This document shows positions 45,473 to 54,774 of a DNA stretch of 64,000 nt, one piece after another. The notes beneath the pieces are model-generated. The model was not told where the DNA came from. It saw only the letters and a list, made by a program, of their open reading frames with translations, and did not search any database. The DNA comes from an uncultured Veillonellaceae bacterium (lineage in GTDB: Bacteria > Bacillota > Negativicutes > JARBTT01), in assembly GCA_963805085.1 (NCBI GenBank), contig CAWDTA010000005.1, positions 352,001 through 416,000 of the forward strand. Direction: 5' to 3'. How positions within the stretch are numbered: position 1 is the first letter of the stretch; every line of letters starts with the position of its first letter. A program made the position numbers and the translations under genes.

Positions 45473-45832
45473 AGCTTTTTTTAATCTAATTCTAATCTTG
45501 AACTAATAATCTTGCAAAAAATAGTGAGGTAATAATAATGCCAAATTTTGTTATCCAGGGACAGATTTTCATATTAGCGTGAATAAAATTGAGGAGAAAA
45601 TGTTGAATATAAAACCTAAAAAATATTTTAAAAATAAGCATTCAGTAAAGGTTAACGTGAAATTATTTCCACTAAAACAACCAATACTAGTGACAACAGG
45701 TTTATTGGCTTCTGAAGTAACTATGCTGGAAGCTTACATGATATTGGAGAAGTGGGGATATAGCATAAAGTTCCATAGATAAATATTTTGCAGGAATCAC
45801 GGGACGGTTCTTCACTTAAATACGATTAGAAT

Positions 45833-45887
45833 AATTCGCCGTTAGAGAGGTGATACGCAGAACCATATCATTGGTAACGACGAAAAT
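45833..45887 (+). repeat. palindromic SCC/rlmH-like att site C
   Basis: AATTCGCCGTTAGAGAGGTGATACGCAGAACCATATCATTGGTAACGACGAAAAT. Confidence 0.75.
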
Positions 45888-46508
45888 GCTGAGGCAGTTG
45901 CAAAACTTGTTGCAGAAAACTATGGAGTTGAAACTGATAGTTTTCAAATAGATGTTACTTCTGAAAACTCTGTTAAAGATGTAGTGAGTGCAATTATTAA
46001 AAAATTTGGCAGAATAGATATACTTATAAATAATGCAGGAATTACAAGAGATGCTAGAATAATGATGATGAAAGCAGCAGATTGGGAAGCTATATTAAAG
46101 ACAAACTTAACAGGTGCATTTAATTGTACAAAATTAGTTTCTAAACATATGCTTAAACAAAGATATGGAAAAATTATAAATATGACAAGTGTGGTAGGAA
46201 TCATGGGGAACATTGGACAAGCTAATTATTCAGCTTCAAAAGCAGGTCTTATAGGGTTAACAAAAACAACAGCGAAAGAACTAGCAGCACGGGGAATCAC
46301 AGTCAATGCAATAGCACCCGTATATATAAAATCCGATATGACGGAGGTACTTTCTGATGAAGTATCTAGAAAAATGCTATCATTAATACCGATGGAGGAA
46401 TATGGGACTCCTGAAGATATTGCAAATACAGTATTATTTTTAGTGTCAGATAAAGCAGGATACATTACTGGGCAAGTGATTAATGTAGATGGCGGAATGC
46501 TTATGTAA
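45870..46508 (+). pseudogene. fabG: 5'-truncated 3-oxoacyl-ACP reductase (FabG-like SDR)
   Basis: NNAGITRD, YSASKAG, ITGQVINVDGG present; Rossmann TGxxxGIG N-terminus absent, open frame begins at att site C. Confidence 0.8.
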
Positions 46509-46637
46509 ATACTGATTTTATTAGATTAACCTTCCGTTATTCGCAATTTTTGTCCACCAATAAAAGATAATATGAAATGAATTTGAAGCTGTTACATGGA
46601 AGATAGCTGTTTGAATTAATGCTAATTTGCTATGTGG

Positions 46638-46760
46638 AGACCTAGTATTCTCAATAAAATCAAAGCCTAAAAAGTCTAAGCCCTGTTTCAAGCGTTCGAA
46701 TCGCCCCAGACACACTATTTATCAATCAAGGGGTCTAGCATTTTACTAGAGCCTTTTCTG
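46638..46760 (+). repeat. tRNA-Arg 3'-half att copy 5 with left arm
   Basis: GCCTAAAAAGTCTAAGCCCTGTTTCAAGCGTTCGAATCGCCCCAGACACAC...CAAGGGGTCTAGCATTTTACTAGAGCCTTTT. Confidence 0.88.
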
Positions 46761-46822
46761 TTTAAAAAAATAAAAAAAACATGATTTTTGTAATAAAAAA
46801 ACATGTTTCGATTTACTTTCGC

Positions 46823-47116
46823 TTGCAATCCCCAAGAAATGGATTATAATTAATAATAGGTGGAAATTAAAAAAATCGCCGTGTCCTGAGAGTGTTAGAG
46901 CACTCTCAGGCACGAGCAGGTGTTATGGGCACCTACACGTAACAGCTAGCTGTCTACGACGACAATTTATTATACCGTGCTTTTCTCTTGATTACAAGGG
47001 AGCTGGCTCATTCGGCATAATACGATTGAAGCTTTGGCAGAGGCTTAGCGTCTGCATGCAATCAAAATGAAGCAAAGCGCATGTGTAGGTAGGATAACCT
47101 CGCATGCGTTTTTTTT
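46823..47116. ncRNA. putative sense/antisense RNA pair
   Basis: + promoter TTGCAA-N16-TATAAT (46823-46850); - promoter TTGTAA-N17-TATAAT (~46996-46968); hairpin GTCCTGAGAGTG/CACTCTCAGGCAC; + terminator ~47077-47116. Confidence 0.4.
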
Positions 47117-47919
47117 AGCTTCCCCTGAAACAAACTGTATGTTGGTTTCTTCTATCTGCATTAGTGGATAGAAGAAACCACGTGCAGGATGATGACGGGG
47201 GGAATATAAATTGTATCAGTACAGGGTAGTAAAAAGTTGTGGTCAAGGCAGCGGAGCAGCATGTGGCGGGGAGCCATCCTCGCCACAACCAATGGGAGAA
47301 TTTCGTTCTATTTACAAGGGACAAGATTTGTTTTCTTGGGAAATAGAGGTTCTGTAAATGTATAAAATCTATAAAATGACAAAAGACCTAATTGTGGCTG
47401 AGGAAGTAGAGAACGCTGATTTTACAGTTAAATTGCTTTTAGATATGGATAAGAAAGAATATGTGATGGTCAAGCGGAAGTTAATATATATAATCTATTA
47501 CTAGTTGGTCAAGTCAATGAAATAGCTGACGACATTTCATTCGAAGAGTATAGAGACATTATCTATGCGAAATTGGACCAGGAATTATTAGATATGGGAA
47601 TAAAACCAAGGAGGATGGCCGATAAGTATTGATGGAGTTTAATGGTAAAATTAATAGATAGACTATAAATCATAAAAGGCAAATGCCTGCTAAATTTTGT
47701 GTGAATTTGGCAGGCATTTGCCTTTTATGAGAATTGATGAATATTTATTGGAATTTGTGAAAAATATTATATGGTATCGAATCTCGTGGCTTTCGTGATC
47801 TTGATTTTTATAATTAATGCATGACATTGCATGGAGTGGAGAACATAAACGTTGATTATTAGTAGCGGTATAGTATAAAATAAATGTATTATAAAGTTTG
47901 TTATAAGGGGTATTTGTTT

Positions 47920-50900
47920 ATGATTCAAACTACGAATCGTCAAGTGACAATTCAATCGTTAAAGGGGAAGCTTTTAGCTGCTTATGAATATTTAATAGAA
48001 CATAGTGATCAAGAAAATGCTGAAAAAGTTAAGCAATTAGCAGGTAAATTAGTAAATGAGGAATTTACTATTGCCTTTTGTGGACATTTTTCTGCAGGAA
48101 AATCGAAGATGATCAATCGCTTGGTGGGGGAGAATTTACTGCCGTCAAGTCCGATTCCAACGAGTGCTAATCTTGTAAAAGTTAAAGCGGGAGAAGAGTA
48201 TGCAAAGGTGGTTTTTAAAAGTGGAAAACCTCGCTTATATCTCGCTCCCTATGATTATAAAATGGTAAAAAACTATTGCAAAGATGGGGATCAAATCAAG
48301 GAAATTGAGCTTAGCCATGCAGATTCCCAGTTGCCAAGTCAGACTGTTATTATGGATACGCCCGGTATTGATTCTGCCGATGATGCGCATCGTATTGCCA
48401 CGGAATCCGCGATTCACCTTGCTGATTTGATTTTTTATGTAATGGACTACAACCATGTGCAATCAGAACTCAATTTTATGTTTACAAAAGAGTTAACAGA
48501 GGCCGGCAAAGAAGTTTATCTTGTGATTAACCAAATTGATAAGCATTCTGAGCAGGAGCTTTCTTTTGCAAAATTTAAAACAAGTGTGGTTGAATCCTTC
48601 TCCTCATGGGGCGTTAAACCGGCTAATGTTTTTTATACTTCTTTAAAAATAGATGATCACGAATATAATCAATTTCCAGAGCTGCAGGACTTTTTGGCAG
48701 AAAGGTTAAAGGAAAAAGATAGCTTACTCCTTCAATCTATTTTTCATTCCCTGCAAAAAATTATCAAAGATCATTTGGCTTTAACAAAGAAAAAATGTGA
48801 ATTCGAACTGGAACCTTTCAAGGATATTTTGAATGAATTATCGATTAAGGAGCAGGAAGCGCTAGCAGATACTTATAGCAGTCTGAGTGAAGAGAAAAAC
48901 GCTTTAGTCGAAGGTAGCGAAAAGGCAGAAAAGGAATTTGATTCCGAGGTCAATAAAATCATGTCGAATGCCTATTTATTGCCTTTTGAAATCAGGGCGT
49001 TAGCGGAGTCTTATCTTGCATCCTGTCAGCCTAAATTTAAGGTTGGACTCTTATTTACAAAACAAAAAACTTTAGCAGAGAGACAGGAAAGACTGAATCT
49101 CTTTTACCAGCCTATGCTCGAAAAAACAAAATCACAGCTAGAGTGGCATCTTCGTGATTTTCTGATAAGATTTTTGAAAGAGAAGCGGGTCGAAAGTAAA
49201 GAGCTGCTTGCCAAAATCCAGAGCTTTAATGTGAATTTTTCAAGCGAATTATTAGAAGCCGCTTTAAAAACGGGAGCACATTTATCAGGCGAGTATGTTT
49301 TAAATTATACTGCTGATGTGGCAAATGAAATTAAACGCCTTGCGCAAAGTATTTTAGCTGGGCTTAAGATCGAAATACTACATGCTATACATGATAAAAA
49401 TACAGCTATCCAAGCAAGAATAGCACAAAAATCAGAAGGCTTAAAGCGCTATATCATCGCACTTGAGCAGGTGAAAAAATATGAATTGGGCGCCAGTCTT
49501 GCGCAAACGAAGCTCGAAACGCTGATTAGTGAAACAAATGGAGTGACAGATGACCGCTTTCATTTGTTTGAACTAGAAGAAGAGGAAGTTGAGATAGTTT
49601 ACGGGGAGAACGGGCATGTAGCGCAGGTACAGAAAAAAACAATCGCGCCACGGAACGAGCCGATCTTAAAAGAAAGAAATCCATTAGCCGTAGAATCTTC
49701 AGACCGGATGAAACATACAGCTGAAAAATTGAAGAAGACCGCACAGCTTGTTCAGGGCTTGCCAGGCTTTAAAAAGCTTGCAAGCGAACTGAAGGAAAAA
49801 GCGGAAAGATTAGATCATAAAGGTTTTTCTGTTGCATTATTTGGGGCGTTTAGTGCCGGTAAATCTTCTTTTGCTAATGCGTTACTCGGAGAAAGGGTTT
49901 TACCTGTTTCACCTAACCCAATGACAGCGGCGATCAACAAAATTAGACCGATCAATGCATCGTATCAGCATGGGACTGTTATCGTTAAGGTTAAAGAGGA
50001 ACGGGCGATGCTCGAAGATGTAAATAATGCCTTAAAAATATTTGAGTTTGATGCGGAGAGCTTAGTCGATGCAATCGCAAAAGTAGAAAAATTGAGTGGT
50101 GATTTGGGACAACAAGGTGCAATCGAAAAGACAAATTATACTTTTTTACAGGCGTTTACACGCGGATATGTTGCCTTTAGCCAACAGTTAGGTAAAACAC
50201 TCCAAACAACGATTGCTGAGTTTAGTGATTATGTTGCGCTGGAAGAAAAGTCTTGTTTTGTCGAATGGATTGATCTTTATTATGATTGCCCGTTAACCCG
50301 TAAAGGAATTACGCTAGTCGATACCCCGGGGGCGGATTCAATTAATGCCCGTCATACCGGAGTAGCCTTTGACTTTATTAAAAATTCGGATGCTATTTTG
50401 TTTGTGACCTACTATAATCATGCATTTTCAAAGGCAGATCGGGAGTTTCTAATTCAATTGGGGCGTGTAAAGGATTCATTTCAATTAGATAAAATGTTTT
50501 TTATTATCAATGCAATTGATTTAGCCGATAACGAGGAAGAAAAGGAAACCGTTGTTTCATATGTCCATGAGCATCTAATAAAATACGGAGTCAAAAATCC
50601 GCATTTATATTCACTGTCAAGCTTACATGCACTGAAAGAAAAGGAGGAAAAGATAGCATTTCCTGTTTCAGGTATGCTATCTTTTGAGGAGTCTTTTTAT
50701 CATTTTATTACCAATGATTTGGCGAATATGGCGGCTCAAGCATCCGAAAATGAACTGAACCGTGTTTCTCACTTAGTAGACAAGCTCGTTGATAGTACTA
50801 GAGAAGATGCTACGGTTAAGCAGCAAAAACGGGCAAACATCGAGGCAGAGAAAGCAAGTATAAACGCAATTCTTATGCAGCAGACAGCACAAAATTTAAA

Positions 50901-51576
50901 AAATCACTTAAATCAGGAAACAGAAGAATTAATTTATTATATAAAACAGCGGGTTTTCCTGCGTTTTAATGATTTCTTTAAAGAAGCATTCAATCCTACC
51001 GTGTTACGCGAGGATGGTCGTAACCTGAAAAAAGTTTTGCAGCATGCACTGAGCGAATTACTCGAACAAATCGGGTTTGACTTTGCGCAGGAAATGAGAG
51101 CAACGACGGTGAGGCTAGATCGCTTTGCTGAAAAAGTAACAGCAGAGTATCAGATAGCGCTTGTCGAAATGCTTCGTGAGATGAATCAGGATTTATCTTT
51201 TTCTGTTTTTGAATTTAAGGATAAAGAGCAAATTGATTTTGAAGTAGCTTTTAAAGATATTCAGTATGGATTATTTGCTAAAGCGATGGCTTATTTTAAA
51301 AATCCAAAAGCATTTTTTGAAAAAAATGAAAGTAAGTTAATGAGTGATGAGCTTCGTCGTGTGTTTAACACATTAGCAGATGTGTATTTACAGAATGAAC
51401 AAAAACGGATAGAGGCTTTATATGAAAATGTCATGGAGGGCGAGTTTGGCGAGCTTATTTTGCAAATGACGGAGCAGACGGATGACTTTTATTTAAGTTT
51501 ACTCTCAGCCTTAGATGGTGGGGTTCCAGCTGAAAAGTTAATGGAGATCCAGCAAAGCTTAGCAGAAATGATATAA
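47920..51576 (+). CDS. tandem bacterial dynamin-like protein (DynA/YpbR type)
   Basis: Two GTPase modules: GHFSAGKS/DTPG/NQID and GAFSAGKS/DTPG/NAID in one ~1200-aa chain. Confidence 0.9.
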   Translation: MIQTTNRQVTIQSLKGKLLAAYEYLIEHSDQENAEKVKQLAGKLVNEEFTIAFCGHFSAGKSKMINRLVGENLLPSSPIPTSANLVKVKAGEEYAKVVFKSGKPRLYLAPYDYKMVKNYCKDGDQIKEIELSHADSQLPSQTVIMDTPGIDSADDAHRIATESAIHLADLIFYVMDYNHVQSELNFMFTKELTEAGKEVYLVINQIDKHSEQELSFAKFKTSVVESFSSWGVKPANVFYTSLKIDDHEYNQFPELQDFLAERLKEKDSLLLQSIFHSLQKIIKDHLALTKKKCEFELEPFKDILNELSIKEQEALADTYSSLSEEKNALVEGSEKAEKEFDSEVNKIMSNAYLLPFEIRALAESYLASCQPKFKVGLLFTKQKTLAERQERLNLFYQPMLEKTKSQLEWHLRDFLIRFLKEKRVESKELLAKIQSFNVNFSSELLEAALKTGAHLSGEYVLNYTADVANEIKRLAQSILAGLKIEILHAIHDKNTAIQARIAQKSEGLKRYIIALEQVKKYELGASLAQTKLETLISETNGVTDDRFHLFELEEEEVEIVYGENGHVAQVQKKTIAPRNEPILKERNPLAVESSDRMKHTAEKLKKTAQLVQGLPGFKKLASELKEKAERLDHKGFSVALFGAFSAGKSSFANALLGERVLPVSPNPMTAAINKIRPINASYQHGTVIVKVKEERAMLEDVNNALKIFEFDAESLVDAIAKVEKLSGDLGQQGAIEKTNYTFLQAFTRGYVAFSQQLGKTLQTTIAEFSDYVALEEKSCFVEWIDLYYDCPLTRKGITLVDTPGADSINARHTGVAFDFIKNSDAILFVTYYNHAFSKADREFLIQLGRVKDSFQLDKMFFIINAIDLADNEEEKETVVSYVHEHLIKYGVKNPHLYSLSSLHALKEKEEKIAFPVSGMLSFEESFYHFITNDLANMAAQASENELNRVSHLVDKLVDSTREDATVKQQKRANIEAEKASINAILMQQTAQNLKNHLNQETEELIYYIKQRVFLRFNDFFKEAFNPTVLREDGRNLKKVLQHALSELLEQIGFDFAQEMRATTVRLDRFAEKVTAEYQIALVEMLREMNQDLSFSVFEFKDKEQIDFEVAFKDIQYGLFAKAMAYFKNPKAFFEKNESKLMSDELRRVFNTLADVYLQNEQKRIEALYENVMEGEFGELILQMTEQTDDFYLSLLSALDGGVPAEKLMEIQQSLAEMI

Positions 51577-51618
51577 AAGATGAAAGCGGGAATGACCGAT
51601 TTTGCCAAGATTTTTATT

Positions 51619-51760
51619 CTTCTAAGCAGTGTGTCGAGTATTCAAATCACCTCAAGCGAACCATTTGAAATCAAGGGTTCAGCATCTTGCTAGAACCTTT
51701 TTGTTATTGGTGGACAAAAAATAAAGAAAAATGTTGGAACACAGAGGCAGCCCCCTTTTT
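51619..51760 (+). repeat. tRNA-Arg 3'-half att copy 6 with right arm
   Basis: CTTCTAAGCAGTGTGTCGAGTATTCAAATCACCTCAAGCGAACCATTTGAAATCAAGGGTTC...CTAGAACCTTTTT-GTTATTGGTGGACAAAAA. Confidence 0.88.
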
Positions 51761-51901
51761 TGTTTATTTCATTTAAGATGGGATAGAAAGGCTGAGGGAT
51801 TGGAAAACAAAACATCTGCTTCGTGATGATTATGGTTATGTTGGGTCCTGTAACAAGATTTGGACAATTAACATAAAATAATCTGAAGAGATGTAAGAGA
51901 G

Positions 51902-53239
51902 GTGAATACTTTGAATTGTCAAGGGCTAACAGGGAAGGTGATATTACCTTGCGACGCTGAATATAATAGGGCGAGACAAGTATACAATGAGGCAATAAAT
52001 AAATGTCCCTTAGCCATTTGTTATTGTTGTGATGTACAGGATATAGTCAATGCGTTATTATGTTCAGAAAGACAGGGAGTACAAGTGAGGATTCGTTCAG
52101 GCGGGCATAATTACGAGGGCTACTCTGTCGGTAACGATAAACTGGTTATAGATACTTCTTTCATGAATGATATCAAGATCAATTCTGAGGATGATATCGT
52201 TGAAGTACAAGCTGGAACGCGACTCATGCATTTGTATGAAACCCTCTATGATTCGGGATATACTTTTCCCGGTGGAACTTGTCCGACAGTAGCGATTTCT
52301 GGGTTGGTACTAGGGGGCGGTATAGGCTTATCTACACGATATCTGGGGCTTACGACTGATAATCTTATTGAAGCCCAAATGGTAGATGCTAATGGAAACC
52401 TGTTAACAGCAAACAATTGTCATAATGAGAATCTATTTTGGGCGTTGAGGGGAGCGGGAGGTGGGAATTTCGGGGTCGTGACCTCATACAAATTCCATCT
52501 GAAGAAGATAAACAAAATTACGCTCATTCAGTTAAGATGGGATAATAAGTCTGCTAGGCTTGAATTTTTGCGAGTCTGGCAAGAGTGGTTAAGAAATTTA
52601 GATCCGAGGATTAGTGCCTTCGGTAGAATATATAAGCCAGGCCCTCAGCTTTTTGGATTCTTTTACGGATATCCCGAGGAGGCTAGGCAGATTTTAGAGC
52701 CCTTGCTAAGTATACCGGGAATAACTTTTGAGAATATTGAGTATGTAGACTTTATTGAGGCTGTAAAGATAATAGGACAAATCTATCCGAAGCGGGAGGC
52801 TTTTAAATCTACAGGAAGATTTATCGAGCGACAGCTTTCACAGTGTGAAATGGAGAAAGTTATCGATATTGTTGAGGCCGCACCTACTGAGACCAATTCA
52901 TTTATTGGGTTGTATTCACTAGGCGGAGCCGTCAGCGATATGAAAACAGATAGTACCGCTTTCTTTTACAGGCAGGCTAACTATATAATGGGAATTACGT
53001 CTAGCTGGGAGATTGAAGCCACAGCGCCGATCCATAAAGAATGGGTAGTAGCAGGATTTAGGTATATTTATACTATATCTGTGGGTTCATATGTAAACTT
53101 CCCCTACAATAATTTGCCAAACTATGAGTGTGCCTATTATGGAGAACATGTACGAGAATTGTGGAGGATCAAGAAAGAGTATGATCCTCATAATGTGTTT
53201 GAGTTTCCGCAAAGTATTAAAACTGTCTACTGTGAATAG
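51902..53239 (+). CDS. FAD-linked oxidoreductase (berberine-bridge-like)
   Basis: RSGGHNYEG covalent FAD His, GTCPTV, LFWALRGAGGGNFGVVT, YVN, KKEYDP. Confidence 0.92.
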   Translation: MNTLNCQGLTGKVILPCDAEYNRARQVYNEAINKCPLAICYCCDVQDIVNALLCSERQGVQVRIRSGGHNYEGYSVGNDKLVIDTSFMNDIKINSEDDIVEVQAGTRLMHLYETLYDSGYTFPGGTCPTVAISGLVLGGGIGLSTRYLGLTTDNLIEAQMVDANGNLLTANNCHNENLFWALRGAGGGNFGVVTSYKFHLKKINKITLIQLRWDNKSARLEFLRVWQEWLRNLDPRISAFGRIYKPGPQLFGFFYGYPEEARQILEPLLSIPGITFENIEYVDFIEAVKIIGQIYPKREAFKSTGRFIERQLSQCEMEKVIDIVEAAPTETNSFIGLYSLGGAVSDMKTDSTAFFYRQANYIMGITSSWEIEATAPIHKEWVVAGFRYIYTISVGSYVNFPYNNLPNYECAYYGEHVRELWRIKKEYDPHNVFEFPQSIKTVYCE

Positions 53240-53439
53240 TTCTGCTCGCTCTCTTTTATATTGGTAAATACAAATGGGAAGCTTGCAAAGGGTCTCAATC
53301 TCTGCCAAATGCGAGGTTGAGGCTCTTTTGTATTGTTTAACCCGAAACCCTTTATTGACCTATAATATAAATCAGTATATTATTCATAATATGTATCAAT
53401 TTAAAATAAGATACTTTTTTTGTATCATACGGAGGATAT

Positions 53440-54336
53440 ATGGACATTCGATTAATTCAAAATTTCTTAATGATTGCTGAAGAAGGAAGCGTTACAAGAG
53501 CAGCGTTGAGATTAAATATGTCTCAGCCTCCACTGAGTAGGCAATTAAAGCAGTTGGAAGATGAGTTAGGCGTAATTTTATTTGAACGTGGAAAACGTAA
53601 AATGCAATTAACGGAGGAGGGATATTTTCTTAAAAATAGAGGAATAGAAATCTTAGAGTTAGTAAAAAAGACGAAAGATCAGATTAAAGAAAAGTGTGAT
53701 GGTGCAAGTGGCACAATTTCTATTGGAACAATAGAAACATCTGGAGCCAAGGTTTTACCACTGCTAATTGCTAGATATAAAAAGAAATTTCCTAAAGTTC
53801 ATTTTGATATATGGAATGGAAGTTCAGACGATATTATAGAACGCCTAGATAAGGAACTTTTAGATATAGGAATTGTTAGAGCGCCGTTTGATACTGAACG
53901 GTATAAAAGCATTTATTTACCTAAAGAGCCTTGGGTCATATTAATTCACAGAGACCATGTTTTAGCAAAAAATGAAGATGCTACGATTGAATTAACTTCT
54001 TTAGCAAATCAACCATTAATTATTCCTTCTACGGCAGCACTTGGAGTGGAAATAAATCACTGGTTTAAATCAGCTGGAATAACGCCAAACATTTTTTGTG
54101 TTTATAATGCATTGATGAGTGCTATAGTTTTAGTTAGAAATAATATGGGAGTCGTGGTATGTCCATCATCGGCCAAAAGTATTCTAACGGATGATAATCT
54201 GGTTTATAAACAAATAGTTAATCCAAGCGTAGAATCACAATCGGTAATTATATGGAAAAAATATAAATACTTATCTAGTATAGTTAATAATTTCCTTATT
54301 ACGGCACAAGAAGAAGCGGATATACTAATGAAATAA
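53440..54336 (+). CDS. LysR-family regulator
   Basis: AEEGSVTRAA..LNMSQPPLSRQLKQLE. Confidence 0.95.
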   Translation: MDIRLIQNFLMIAEEGSVTRAALRLNMSQPPLSRQLKQLEDELGVILFERGKRKMQLTEEGYFLKNRGIEILELVKKTKDQIKEKCDGASGTISIGTIETSGAKVLPLLIARYKKKFPKVHFDIWNGSSDDIIERLDKELLDIGIVRAPFDTERYKSIYLPKEPWVILIHRDHVLAKNEDATIELTSLANQPLIIPSTAALGVEINHWFKSAGITPNIFCVYNALMSAIVLVRNNMGVVVCPSSAKSILTDDNLVYKQIVNPSVESQSVIIWKKYKYLSSIVNNFLITAQEEADILMK

Positions 54337-54774
54337 TAAAAGTCTAACTCATATTTAAAAATTTTTGACTAAAATAATTTGTCTTATACAATTGGAGACA
54401 AACACTTATAGATGTGAAAATGAATGCAATAAATCATTGAGTTGGACTTCAAATAATAGTTAATGAAGAAAATCCCCAATCATAGGAAAATAAAACTATC
54501 CTATGATTGGGGATTTGTATGTCAGGTGAGAAAATATGAAACATTATGCCAATAGCTTAAAACTATAATACTTAAAGAATATGAAGATGGCGCATTGTTT
54601 TATGCGTTTTATTATACTTTAAAAGTATGATAAATGAAAAGTAATAGGTATTGGACATTGATCGTTATATTTGTTATCCTTTTCAAGGAATCAATATAAA
54701 ACATCATGCAGGAAAAACATTAAATACTTATAAGGCAGTAGATCATTAAGTAGAACTATAATTTAAAAGAAAGG

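Larger units (their letters stand above)
23116..51760 (+). mobile_element. tRNA-Arg-anchored tandem island/cassette array (probably continues past 51760)
   Basis: Six direct degenerate copies of the tRNA 3' half + hairpin separate unrelated cargo blocks; many gene fragments; no integrase ORF in window. Confidence 0.75.

Noticed and set aside
45579-45782. 67-aa ORF
   Set aside because: Has a possible RBS but no recognisable family; cannot support a call
24170-51702. tRNA-derived repeats as extra tRNA genes or a CRISPR array
   Set aside because: They lack the 5' half and D arm; spacing is kilobases; no cas genes
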